The notes under the pieces: model-generated
The model's input: only the letters and a program-made list of their open reading frames with translations
Told to the model about the DNA's origin: nothing
Database searches by the model: none
Assembly (NCBI GenBank): GCA_964409365.1
Contig: CAYPCX010000001.1
Span: forward strand, 128,684 to 192,683
Direction of reading: 5' to 3'
DNA length: 64,000 bases
Source: an uncultured Planctomycetia bacterium
GTDB lineage: Bacteria; Omnitrophota; Gorgyraeia; Tantalellales; Tantalellaceae
Shown here: positions 55,909 to 64,000 of the stretch, in pieces
How the letters are laid out: every line of letters starts with the position of its first letter
Position numbering within the stretch: position 1 is the stretch's first letter
Translations under genes and position numbers: made by a program

Positions 55909-56478
55909 ATGAACGATAAATACGTGTTCCTCGACAGGGACGGAGTGATAAATAAAGATCCCGGCGGCTGGACGGATCACGGATACGTGACGAAGCGTGA
56001 GGATCTTTATTTTCTTCCCGGTTCGCTCGAGGCGATAAGGAAGCTGACGGAGGAAGGATATAAAAGCGTGATCATATCGAACCAGCAGGGTGTGGGTAAA
56101 GGGTACTTTACACAGGAGGACCTTGATGAGGTGACGGACGAGATGATAAGCGGGATACGCAAAAGCGGCGGGGACATAGCCGCGGTGTATTATTGTCCTC
56201 ATCTAAGGACCGAAGAATGCGGCTGCCATAAACCCGATCCCGGACTTTTTGACAAAGCCAGAGAAGAATTGGGGCTCGGGGATATCCGGGGAAGATTTTA
56301 TGTAGGTGACACCGAACGCGACATACAGGCCGGCAGAAAAGCCGGTCTTAAGACGATACTTGTCCTTTCAGGCAAGTCCTCGCGGGAAGAGACGGGGACC
56401 TGGGAGCATAGACCTGACTATATATGCGAGAGCCTTCTGGAAGCCGTAGGCCTGATAATCGGGGAGGACAATGGGTAA
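55909..56478 (+). CDS. gmhB: D-glycero-D-manno-heptose 1,7-bisphosphate 7-phosphatase (HAD-IIIA)
   Basis: VFLDRDGVIN (DxDGT/V HAD motif I)..VIISNQQGVGKGYF..Zn-binding CPH..C.CHKPDPGLF..GDTERD is the GmhB signature. Fits the three GT9 heptosyltransferases upstream. Confidence 0.85.
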   Translation: MNDKYVFLDRDGVINKDPGGWTDHGYVTKREDLYFLPGSLEAIRKLTEEGYKSVIISNQQGVGKGYFTQEDLDEVTDEMISGIRKSGGDIAAVYYCPHLRTEECGCHKPDPGLFDKAREELGLGDIRGRFYVGDTERDIQAGRKAGLKTILVLSGKSSREETGTWEHRPDYICESLLEAVGLIIGEDNG

Positions 56479-57607
56479 AAAGAAGGTCATCATACTCTAT
56501 TCGACCGGCGGCATGGGACATAAAAAGGCGGCCATAGCCATATATGACGCCCTTTTGAACCGGGGCAGGGCGGTGGACGCGGAGATAATAGACGTCCTCG
56601 ATTATGCGACTCCGTTCTACCGTTTCGCGTACATGAAAGGGTATGTTTTCCTGATGTCGAGCGGCAGGTGGCTGTGGGGCGCGCTCTACTATTTTACGAA
56701 CAACAGGCTGGTCGACGCCCTTACCCGCAGGATGCGGGAGTTCCTGGATAACAGGAATTTCCCCGGGCTATCCGGGATGATTATAGATAGAGCCCCTGAC
56801 GCGGTCATCGCCACGCATTTCGTCCTGCCCAGCATTGCCGGGGTCTTCAAAAGGGACAAGAGCTTCCGGTCCCGCCTGTACACCGTCATAACCGATTACG
56901 GTCCTCACGCGTACTGGCTGTCACCGGATATGAACAGGTTTTTCGTGGGGTCCGATTCAGTGGCGCAGGAACTTTCGAAAGTAGGGATACCCGGGGATAA
57001 GATCGCGGTCACGGGCATACCCACTGTCGAGGAGTTCGGCCGCCGGTTCGACCTGGAAAAGCTACGCGGGAATTACGGCCTGGAAAAAGGAAAAAAGACC
57101 ATCTTTTTGATGAGCGGCGGTTTCGGCGTGGGTCCGATCGGCCGGATGCTGCTATCATTGAATAAGTGCCGCGCGGGAACGATACAGGTCATAACCGTGT
57201 GCGGGCATAACGAAGCCGTCTATGAAAAAATAGTGCTTTTAAAGAAAGATCTCAATTATCCGCTCGTACTTTTCGGTTTTACCGACAAGGTCGCGGAACT
57301 CATGGCCGTTTCAGACCTTATGATAACGAAGGCCGGCGGGATAAGCGTTACAGAAGCGCTTGACTCGCGCCTTCCGATGATACTTTTCGCTTCCGTACCC
57401 GGGCAGGAAACGTGGAACGAACGCCTCTTGACAGCGTGCGGCGCCGCCGTGAAAGCGAAAAAGGTCAGTGACCTCCCCGTGATAGCGGACCGCATACTGT
57501 TCTCCGGCAATGTCACCGAGAACATGAAGGCCAGTATCGACAAGGTCCGCAGGCCTGACGCGGCGGAAAGGATAGTGGATATCGTACTGGAGGAAGTGGG
57601 AGAATAA
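56471..57607 (+). CDS. GT28-family glycosyltransferase (MGDG-synthase / UgtP-like diacylglycerol glycosyltransferase)
   Basis: KKVIILYSTGGMGHKKAAIAIYDAL is the MGDG_synth N-terminal motif. C-terminal ITKAGGISVTEAL is the GT28 nucleotide-sugar-binding block. Confidence 0.7.
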   Translation: MGKKKVIILYSTGGMGHKKAAIAIYDALLNRGRAVDAEIIDVLDYATPFYRFAYMKGYVFLMSSGRWLWGALYYFTNNRLVDALTRRMREFLDNRNFPGLSGMIIDRAPDAVIATHFVLPSIAGVFKRDKSFRSRLYTVITDYGPHAYWLSPDMNRFFVGSDSVAQELSKVGIPGDKIAVTGIPTVEEFGRRFDLEKLRGNYGLEKGKKTIFLMSGGFGVGPIGRMLLSLNKCRAGTIQVITVCGHNEAVYEKIVLLKKDLNYPLVLFGFTDKVAELMAVSDLMITKAGGISVTEALDSRLPMILFASVPGQETWNERLLTACGAAVKAKKVSDLPVIADRILFSGNVTENMKASIDKVRRPDAAERIVDIVLEEVGE

Positions 57608-57608
57608 C

Positions 57609-58304
57609 ATGAAAGACGGAACGAACGATCTTCTGGAAAGCATCAAAAGCCTGATAGAGTCAGAGAGAATGGCCGGGATAGACGAGATATTCGTCGCCGG
57701 TAACCCCGGGGGGAGGAAGACCACGCTGGAAGCGGTGAGGAAGAGGACGGTGAACTGCCAAAGGTGCCCTCTGTCCGAAACGCGCACCAACGTGGTGTTC
57801 GGTGAAGGCGATCCGAACGCGGACCTTATGTTCATCGGGGAAGCGCCGGGGTTCGAAGAAGACAAACAGGCCCGTCCCTTTGTGGGCAGGGCGGGACAGC
57901 TTTTGACGAAGATAATCGAATCGATCGGGTTGAAAAGAAAAGACGTTTTTATAGCCAACATCCTTAAATGCCGGCCTCCGAACAACAGGAACCCGCTGCC
58001 GAGCGAGATAGCCAGCTGTTCGCCGTATCTTCTGAAGCAGATAGAGATGATAAAGCCGAAGGTGATCTGCGCGCTCGGTAAGTTCGCCGCCCAGACCCTC
58101 CTGAACACAGATACGCCCATAAGCAGGCTGCGAGGGAAATGGGCCGAATACCAAGGCATAAAACTGATGCCGACTTACCATCCGGCGTATCTATTGCGGA
58201 ATCCCGGCGGAAAAAAAGACGTATGGATAGATATGAAGGCCGTGGCGCGCGAACTCGGTCTGGAGATACCCCCGGCGAAAAGGCCGGGCGGAAAAAAGAG
58301 GTGA
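57609..58304 (+). CDS. Uracil-DNA glycosylase, family 4
   Basis: CQRCPL (Fe-S Cys)..FIGEAPG (GEAPG motif)..FVGRAG..HPAYLLRNP is the thermostable-type UDG family 4 signature. Confidence 0.85.
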   Translation: MKDGTNDLLESIKSLIESERMAGIDEIFVAGNPGGRKTTLEAVRKRTVNCQRCPLSETRTNVVFGEGDPNADLMFIGEAPGFEEDKQARPFVGRAGQLLTKIIESIGLKRKDVFIANILKCRPPNNRNPLPSEIASCSPYLLKQIEMIKPKVICALGKFAAQTLLNTDTPISRLRGKWAEYQGIKLMPTYHPAYLLRNPGGKKDVWIDMKAVARELGLEIPPAKRPGGKKR

Positions 58305-58308
58305 GAAC

Positions 58309-58644
58309 ATGGACAAAAGGAAATTCGTAAGGGAATTCACCACTTCCCCGATAAAATTCATCGACGCGGAAGGAGCTGTGGTCTTCAAAGGGACCGTGAA
58401 CGACATATCCGCCGCCGGCATCCTGGCCGTTTCTTATGATCTTGAAGATTTTGAGGGCCTCAACGTGAACGACGAGATAGGGTTCATCATGAGCATACCC
58501 ACGGGGGACGTTGCCGGCGTGGCCGAGGTAGTGTGGATGGACGGAGAGAAATCGCGCATGGGGCTGAAGTTCATCAAGATCGTGGATAAAGCGAGCGTGG
58601 CCAATCTCATGTCCTTTGTCGCCGCAGGATTTTTCCACGCTTGA
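58309..58644 (+). CDS. PilZ-domain protein (putative c-di-GMP receptor)
   Basis: RKFVR (RxxxR) and NDISAAGIL (D/NxSxxG) are PilZ motifs. 111 aa. Confidence 0.65.
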   Translation: MDKRKFVREFTTSPIKFIDAEGAVVFKGTVNDISAAGILAVSYDLEDFEGLNVNDEIGFIMSIPTGDVAGVAEVVWMDGEKSRMGLKFIKIVDKASVANLMSFVAAGFFHA

Positions 58645-58663
58645 AATGTTTTGTCCGTACAAT

Positions 58664-58755
58664 GCAAAAGGAAAAAGTGTCCCGGCGCAGTTTTTTTTGC
58701 TGTTGGAACTGTGCAAAGCAAAAACTGTTCGAGCACGGGATACTTTTTTCTTTCG
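58664..58755 (-). repeat. Palindromic terminator-like intergenic repeat, copy C (inverted orientation)
   Basis: aaaaggaaaaagtgtcccggcgcagttttttttgctgttggaactgtgcaaagcaaaaactgttcgagcacgggatacttttttctttcg. Its reverse complement matches copies B and D (gagtatcccgtgctc.aacagtttttgc..cagcaaaaaaaactgcgc.gggacac). Confidence 0.6.
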
Positions 58756-58807
58756 CATAGTCCCGCGCAAAACATATCAAAGATAAAAAAGTCACGCGCT
58801 AGTAGAA

Positions 58808-60799
58808 ATGAAGAAATACGTTGAGGTCATAACCAGTTTACCTATCGACCGGACCTTCCAGTATGAGGTCACGGGCGAGGAGACGTTCCCTCCGGAGATA
58901 GGAAAGAGGGTCCACATACCTTTCCGCAGCGCCAGACGCGTGGGATATATCGTCAAAATAGAGGACCGCCCCATGGTGAAAGAACCGAGGCCCCTCATAG
59001 ACATCATAGACGAGAACCCGATATTCACGAAGGAGATGATCGACCTTGCCGGCTGGATCAAGGACAATTATTTCTGTTCATGGGGAGAAGCTCTTGAAGC
59101 GATGATCCCCGGGCCTTTGAAACACGGGAAGATCTCTATGACCTCCCGGGTGAAAGAAGCGCCCGGTGAAGTGGAGCCGACCGAGCCGCACGTTCCCAAC
59201 AAAGAGCAGAAAAAGGTGCTGGACAGTATCAATAAATGCCTGGACGAGGGGAGGCACGAAGTCTTCCTGCTTCACGGCATAACCGGCAGCGGCAAGACGG
59301 AGATATACCTCCAGGCCATGGAAAGCGTCATGGCGAAGGGGAAAAGCGGTATCATACTTGTTCCGGAGATATCCCTCACTCCGCAAACGGTAGAGCGTTT
59401 CATGTCGAGGTTCGGGCAGCGCGTTGCCGTTTTCCATTCAAGGATGCTCCAGAGCGCGAAGTTCAAAGAATGGGAACGCATCCGCAAAGGCGAAGCGCGT
59501 ATAGTGGTCGGGCCGCGTTCGGCGGTCTTCAGCCCGTTCCGGGAAATAGGCCTTTTTGTGGTGGATGAAGAACATGAACCCAGCTATAAACAGGAGGACG
59601 TGCCCAGGTATCACGCGCGGGACGTCGCGATAGAAAGAGCTAAAGAAGCGGGAGTGCCTGTGATACTCGGCAGCGCGACACCTTCCCTCGAGTCTTTCTA
59701 CAAGGCCGCCAGCGGGGAGTATCACCTCGTGGAGCTCACTCAGAGGATAAAGGAAAAAGAACTTCCCAAAGTAAAACTGGTGGACATGAGGATGGAGTTC
59801 GACACGAGGGTAGGGAAAAAAGTCGTTTCGCAGGTCCTGGCCGAAGCCCTAAAGAAGGATATCACCAAGAAACAGCAGGCGCTTATATTCCTGAACCGCA
59901 GGGGATTTTCCACTTTCGTGTCCTGCCGGAAATGCGGGCACGTCATAAAATGCCCTAAATGTGATTCGCCCATGGTCTTCCACAAGGAGAAGGACGAGCT
60001 TATCTGTCATTACTGCAATGCGAGGATCAGCCCTCCGGTAATATGCCCCGCGTGCAACGGGGATTACCTGATGTATAGGGGTACCGGCACGCAGAAGGTC
60101 GAAGCGGAGCTGAAAAGGATCCTGCCGGAAGTACGCATAGCCAGGATGGATTCGGACTCCATGACCAAAAGAGGTTCCCACGGCAGGGTGCTGAAAGATT
60201 TCAAGGACCACGGGATCGACGTGATCGTCGGCACGCAGATGATAGCTAAAGGACTGGATTTCCCTAAAGTGACGCTGGTAGGCGTGGTGTCCGCTGATGC
60301 CAATCTCAACCTCCCGGATTTTCGTTCCGGGGAACGCACGTTCAACCTTATCACCCAGGTAGCCGGGCGCGCCGGGCGCGGTGACCTGGGTGGAGAGGTG
60401 ATAGTACAGACCTATACGCCGGAACATTACGCGGTGGGCCTTGCGGCAAAGCACGATTATAACACCTTTTATTATAAAGAGATAGAATCACGGCGCCATT
60501 TGTCATTCCCCCCGTTCGTGAACCTGGTGAAGATCACCTTGAGGTCCAGGAAAGAAGAGAACGCGCAAGAAGCCGCTGAAAGATTGGCGAAGGTCCTTAA
60601 GAAGAAGATACAGGGTATCGATATCCTCGGACCGGCGCCGTCGCCGATGGCGAAACTGAGGGGGTATTACAGGTGGAACGTTCTTATCCGGGCGCAGGAC
60701 AGAAGCGCCATGGTTAAAAAGTTGCGGAGCGCGTTGAAGGGATTCCGCAAAGGCTCCGGGGTTTTCATGGCGGTTGACGTCGATCCGATGTCGATGTAG
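58808..60799 (+). CDS. priA: Primosomal protein N' (replication restart helicase)
   Basis: N-terminal 3'-BD (MKKYVEVITSLPIDRTFQYEV). Walker A LLHGITGSGKTE. DEEH box VVDEEHE. Cys-rich Zn region CRKCGHVIKCPKCDSPMVFHKEKDELICHYC..CPACNG. 663 aa. Confidence 0.92.
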   Translation: MKKYVEVITSLPIDRTFQYEVTGEETFPPEIGKRVHIPFRSARRVGYIVKIEDRPMVKEPRPLIDIIDENPIFTKEMIDLAGWIKDNYFCSWGEALEAMIPGPLKHGKISMTSRVKEAPGEVEPTEPHVPNKEQKKVLDSINKCLDEGRHEVFLLHGITGSGKTEIYLQAMESVMAKGKSGIILVPEISLTPQTVERFMSRFGQRVAVFHSRMLQSAKFKEWERIRKGEARIVVGPRSAVFSPFREIGLFVVDEEHEPSYKQEDVPRYHARDVAIERAKEAGVPVILGSATPSLESFYKAASGEYHLVELTQRIKEKELPKVKLVDMRMEFDTRVGKKVVSQVLAEALKKDITKKQQALIFLNRRGFSTFVSCRKCGHVIKCPKCDSPMVFHKEKDELICHYCNARISPPVICPACNGDYLMYRGTGTQKVEAELKRILPEVRIARMDSDSMTKRGSHGRVLKDFKDHGIDVIVGTQMIAKGLDFPKVTLVGVVSADANLNLPDFRSGERTFNLITQVAGRAGRGDLGGEVIVQTYTPEHYAVGLAAKHDYNTFYYKEIESRRHLSFPPFVNLVKITLRSRKEENAQEAAERLAKVLKKKIQGIDILGPAPSPMAKLRGYYRWNVLIRAQDRSAMVKKLRSALKGFRKGSGVFMAVDVDPMSM

Positions 60800-60818
60800 C
60801 TCTTTAACAATGTTTGAG

Positions 60819-61096
60819 GTGTTTTTAGGCCGACATAAAAGGAAAGAGTATCCCGTGCTCAAACAGTTTTTGCGTAGCTCAGCAGGCAACAGCAAAAAAA
60901 CTGCGCGCGGGACACTCTTCGCTTTTTCGCAGCAAGGTCGAACATCTCAAACATTTGGTTTGGGGTGTTTTTAGGCCGACATAAAAGGAAAGAGTATCCC
61001 GTGCTCAAACAGTTTTTGCGTAGCTCAGCAGGCAACAGCAAAAAAACTGCGCGCGGGACACTCTTCGCTTTTTCGCAGCAAGGTCGAACATCTCAA
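60819..61096 (+). repeat. Perfect tandem duplication (2 x 132 bp identical, period 146 bp), each unit containing one palindromic terminator-like repeat (copies D1, D2)
   Basis: gtgtttttaggccgacataaaaggaaagagtatcccgtgctcaaacagtttttgcgtagctcagcaggcaacagcaaaaaaactgcgcgcgggacactcttcgctttttcgcagcaaggtcgaacatctcaa occurs at 60819-60950 and again, identical, at 60965-61096. Confidence 0.85.
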
Positions 61097-61155
61097 GCAA
61101 AAATAAGGTTTTCTTTTACATTTTAGGGTTTTCGCTTTAAACTGACACCTGTAAT

Positions 61156-61228
61156 CTGGTAACTGGTTACTGGTTACTGGTAACTGGTAACTGGTAACTG
61201 GTTACTGGTAACTGGTTACTGGTAACTG
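61156..61228 (+). repeat. Tandem heptamer array (CTGGTWA) x ~10.4, ending 12 nt before the fmt start codon
   Basis: ctggtaa ctggtta ctggtta ctggtaa ctggtaa ctggtaa ctggtta ctggtaa ctggtta ctggtaa ctg. Contains repeated GTAAC-N3-GTTAC near-dyads. The fmt SD gaggtgg is at 61232. Confidence 0.85.
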
Positions 61229-61239
61229 AATGAGGTGGT

Positions 61240-62175
61240 ATGCGTATAGTTTTTTTCGGGACAGGTAAGTTCGCGGTGCCGGTATTGAAGAGATTGCTGG
61301 CGAGTGATCATGAGATCGCTGCGGTAGTTACCCAGCCGGACAAGAAGAAAGGCCGCGGGTGGAATGTCCAGCCCACGCCGGTAAAGGCGGTCGTTGAACA
61401 GATGCGTCCAGAGGTCCATGTTTTCCAGCCGGAAAAGGCCTCGGAGGCTTCTTTCATCGACGAGATGCGCGGGATGGGAGCGGATTTTTTTGTAGTGGTG
61501 GACTATGGAAAGAAACTTCCAAAAGTGCTTCTGGACCTTCCTGGGAAATACTGCATAAACCTTCATCCGTCGCTATTGCCCAAATACCGGGGTGCCGCCC
61601 CGGTGAACTGGGCCGTGCTGAACGGCGATAAGGAGACCGGCAACACGGTCATTAAGATGTCCGAGGAGATGGATGCCGGTGATATCATTGCACAGGAGAA
61701 AGTGGAAATAGGCGAAGACGAGACCGCGGTCTCTTTGCTCGAACGGCTTTCGCGCGACGGGGCGGATCTTGTCATGAAAGTGATAGATATGGCTGAAGCC
61801 GGTGAGGAAAGTTTTACCGCACAGGACGAAAAGGGCGCGTCCTATGCTCCGCGGCTTACCAAAGAACAGGGGAGGATAGACTGGACGATCTCCGCGGCCG
61901 AAATAACGAGAAAAGTGAAAGCCATGCAGCCGTGGCCCGGCGCGTTCACTTCTCTAGGCGGGAGAACGTTGAAGATCATAGAAGCCTGTACGGAAAGTGG
62001 CACGAGCGACGCTCCGCCGGGGGCCGTTACTGATGTAAAAGCTTTTATAGTGAGCACGGGAGAGGGTTCCGTCCGGATAAAGATGCTGCAGATCGAAGGG
62101 AAAAAGATCATGCCGGTCCGGGAATTCCTGAAGGGGCACCGGATAGAAAAGGGCACGGTACTGGGCGCGCAATAA
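61240..62175 (+). CDS. fmt: Methionyl-tRNA formyltransferase
   Basis: MRIVFFGTGKFAVPVLKRLL..INLHPSLLPKYRGAAPVNWAVLNGDKETG (HxSLLPxxRG) plus a C-terminal Fmt-specific domain. 311 aa. Confidence 0.92.
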   Translation: MRIVFFGTGKFAVPVLKRLLASDHEIAAVVTQPDKKKGRGWNVQPTPVKAVVEQMRPEVHVFQPEKASEASFIDEMRGMGADFFVVVDYGKKLPKVLLDLPGKYCINLHPSLLPKYRGAAPVNWAVLNGDKETGNTVIKMSEEMDAGDIIAQEKVEIGEDETAVSLLERLSRDGADLVMKVIDMAEAGEESFTAQDEKGASYAPRLTKEQGRIDWTISAAEITRKVKAMQPWPGAFTSLGGRTLKIIEACTESGTSDAPPGAVTDVKAFIVSTGEGSVRIKMLQIEGKKIMPVREFLKGHRIEKGTVLGAQ

Positions 62176-62183
62176 AAAAATCA

Positions 62184-62212
62184 TTGATAGATTAAGGAGA
62201 TGATTATATAAT
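62184..62212 (+). promoter_or_regulatory. Sigma70-like promoter upstream of gap (TTGATA - 17 nt - TATAAT)
   Basis: ttgata at 62184-62189, a 17-nt spacer, tataat at 62207-62212, in an AT-rich tract after the fmt stop. The gap SD aaggagga is at 62264-62271, 6 nt before ATG 62278. Confidence 0.5.
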
Positions 62213-62277
62213 ACGAAATTCTAAAGAAGTTTCGGTTACGGGTTCGAGGATACAAGAAAAACACGAAGGAGGAAGAA

Positions 62278-63273
62278 ATGGCTATAAGAGTAGGGATCAA
62301 CGGTTTCGGCAGGATAGGAAGAATGGTATGCAAGATAATGGCCGAGCGCGGCGGGTTCGATATAGTCGCTGTCAACGACCTTACGGATGCCAAGACGATG
62401 GCCCACATGCTGAAGTACGATTCGGTGCACGGTATATTCAAGGGCGAGGTAAGTGCGGAAGATAACGCGATCATCATCAACGGCAAAAAAATAGATTTTT
62501 TGAGCATAAAGAATCCGGCGGAGCTTCCCTGGAAAAAAGAGGACGTCCAGGTCGTGGTGGAATCCACGGGCGTTTTCCGTGAAAGGGCCAAGATAGCCAT
62601 GCATCTCGAAGCCGGCGCGAAGAAAGTGCTCCTGACAGTGCCCGCCAAGGACGAGATCGACAACATGATAGTCCTCGGCGTGAACCCCGAAGCGCTCAAG
62701 CCGACCGACCAGATCGTTTCCAACGCGTCCTGCACCACGAACTGTCTCGCCCCGATGGTAAAAGTGCTCAATGACACGTTCGGTGTTGAAAGGGGGCTCA
62801 TGACCACCATTCACGCTTACACCAACGACCAGAGGATAGTGGATATGTACCACAAGGATTTGAGAAGGGCCCGTGCCGCCGCGGAGAACGTGATCCCCAC
62901 CACCACCGGCGCCGCGAAGGCCGTCGGGAAGATCATTCCCGAACTTAACGGCAAAATAAACGGTATGGCGGTAAGAGTGCCCGTGCCCTGTGGTTCGCTC
63001 ACGGATTTCGTTGCCACGCTGAAAACGAAAGTGACCAAGGACCAGATCAACGGGGCGTTCAAAAAGGCAGCCGGTTCTTCGCTCAAGGGAATACTCGAGT
63101 ATTCCGAAGAACCACTGGTCTCGAGGGACATAATAGGGAACACCCATTCCTGTATATTCGACTCCGGTTCGACGATGGTCATAGACGACAACCTGGTGAA
63201 GGTAGTCGGCTGGTACGATAATGAGTGGGGTTATTCCAACAGAGTGGTCGATCTTATCGAAAAGCTCGTGTAA
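62278..63273 (+). CDS. gap: Glyceraldehyde-3-phosphate dehydrogenase, type I
   Basis: [34 protein letters not shown] (catalytic Cys)..[15 protein letters not shown]. 331 aa. Confidence 0.95.
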   Translation: MAIRVGINGFGRIGRMVCKIMAERGGFDIVAVNDLTDAKTMAHMLKYDSVHGIFKGEVSAEDNAIIINGKKIDFLSIKNPAELPWKKEDVQVVVESTGVFRERAKIAMHLEAGAKKVLLTVPAKDEIDNMIVLGVNPEALKPTDQIVSNASCTTNCLAPMVKVLNDTFGVERGLMTTIHAYTNDQRIVDMYHKDLRRARAAAENVIPTTTGAAKAVGKIIPELNGKINGMAVRVPVPCGSLTDFVATLKTKVTKDQINGAFKKAAGSSLKGILEYSEEPLVSRDIIGNTHSCIFDSGSTMVIDDNLVKVVGWYDNEWGYSNRVVDLIEKLV

Positions 63274-63293
63274 CGGACATCAGGAGGTGCCAC

Positions 63294-64000
63294 ATGAAAA
63301 AGACAGTTACCGATGTCGATCTGAAGGGTAAAAAAGTGCTTATGCGGGCCGATTTTAACGTCCCGCTGGACGATAAGCGCAACATCACCGATGATACCAG
63401 GATAGTAGCGGCCCTTCCGACGATAAGGTACATACTCGACAACGGCGGCAAGCTTATCCTCATGAGCCATCTCGGCAGGCCTAAGGGAGAGGTCAAGCCG
63501 GAGCTGTGTCTCGACCCGGTGGCTGAAAGACTTTCCACGCTTCTCAGGAAGGACGTCAGGAAGATGGATGATTGTGTGGGCGAGGACGTGGAAGACGCCG
63601 TGAGCAACATGAAAGAAGGCGATTGCATACTCCTGGAGAACCTCAGGTTCCACAAAGAGGAGACGAAGAACGATCCAGGTTTTGCGAAACAGCTCGCGTC
63701 GCTGGGCGACGTGTTCGTCGAGGACGCGTTCGGCACCTGTCACCGCGCTCACGCTTCCACGGTAGGGGTTACCCAGTACCTTCCGAGCGTAGCCGGTTTC
63801 CTCGTGGAGAAAGAAATAAAGTATTTCGAGAAAGTGACGAAAGATCCGGACAAACCTTTTTGCCTCATGCTCGGCGGGGCCAAGGTAGCCGACAAGATAC
63901 CCGTTATCGAGAACATGCTCGATAAGATAAATTTCCTGCTGATCGGCGGGGCCATGGCATACACGTTCCTCAAATCGAGGCGTAAAGGTATAGGCGCCTC
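63294..64000 (+). CDS. pgk: Phosphoglycerate kinase (3'-truncated by window end)
   Basis: ATG 63294 is preceded by SD aggagg. The translation [78 protein letters not shown] is canonical PGK. It is absent from the ORF track because there is no stop within the window. Confidence 0.9.
   Translation, partial: MKKTVTDVDLKGKKVLMRADFNVPLDDKRNITDDTRIVAALPTIRYILDNGGKLILMSHLGRPKGEVKPELCLDPVAERLSTLLRKDVRKMDDCVGEDVEDAVSNMKEGDCILLENLRFHKEETKNDPGFAKQLASLGDVFVEDAFGTCHRAHASTVGVTQYLPSVAGFLVEKEIKYFEKVTKDPDKPFCLMLGGAKVADKIPVIENMLDKINFLLIGGAMAYTFLKSRRKGIGA

Noticed and set aside
60819-61228. Possible CRISPR array: tandem 146-bp repeats plus the heptamer array
   Set aside because: Only two copies of a 146-bp unit are present, with identical 'spacers'. 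The heptamer array has a 7-bp period with no spacers. No cas genes are nearby. The architecture is not CRISPR.
1-64000. Mobile elements, prophage, tRNA/rRNA genes
   Set aside because: No transposase, integrase, recombinase, phage-structural-like or tRNA-like sequence was recognisable on either strand. The palindromic repeats lack detectable terminal inverted repeats or target-site duplications by eye, so they are reported as repeats rather than mobile elements.

Overview
The window is a 64-kb, apparently bacterial segment with 61 predicted protein-coding genes, all on the + strand. No rRNA, tRNA, CRISPR array, transposase or integrase was recognisable by eye. Genes are tightly packed, with many 1-4 nt start/stop overlaps of the ATGA or TGATG type, and every long minus-strand ORF in the track lies antisense inside a well-supported + strand gene.

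Positions 1-55.8 kb form one giant cell-surface glycan (LPS/O-antigen/capsule-like) locus. Its parts, in order:
- two sulfotransferase-like proteins;
- a CDP-hexose pathway (cytidylyltransferase, 4,6-dehydratase, Zn-ribbon C-methyltransferase, 3,5-epimerase, reductase, TylF-like O-methyltransferase);
- roughly 14 GT2/GT4/GT9/GT28 glycosyltransferases;
- two ArnT-like GT-C enzymes plus other polytopic membrane proteins;
- an initiating polyprenyl-phosphate sugar-phosphate transferase and a Wzy_C-type ligase/polymerase;
- three radical SAM enzymes, two of them cobalamin-binding;
- carbamoyl-, formyl-, acetyl- and methyltransferases and a deacetylase;
- WecB and GmhB.

Two parts of the locus stand out. 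The first is a nine-gene block at 11.5-20 kb: an HpcH/HpaI-type aldolase, a KdsB/NeuA-type CMP-transferase, a carbamoyltransferase, three oxidoreductases, a SIS isomerase, a dehydroquinate-synthase-like sugar-phosphate cyclase and a sulfotransferase-like protein. It looks like a non-canonical route to a CMP-activated, possibly carbamoylated or sulfated, ulosonic-acid-like or C7 sugar. The second is a trio at 25.9-29.1 kb: a divergent RtcB-family ligase homologue, a thymidylate-kinase-like P-loop protein and an MprF-flippase-like membrane protein, embedded among glycosyltransferases.

The last 8 kb hold family-4 UDG, a PilZ protein, priA, fmt, gap (with a clear sigma70-like promoter) and a 3'-truncated pgk.

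The intergenic DNA carries two repeat families. One is a roughly 90-bp GC-rich palindromic, terminator-like element in five copies, two of them inside a perfect 2 x 146-bp tandem duplication after priA. The other is a set of GGTTAC / CTGGTWA heptamer motifs, which form a 10-copy tandem array directly upstream of fmt.
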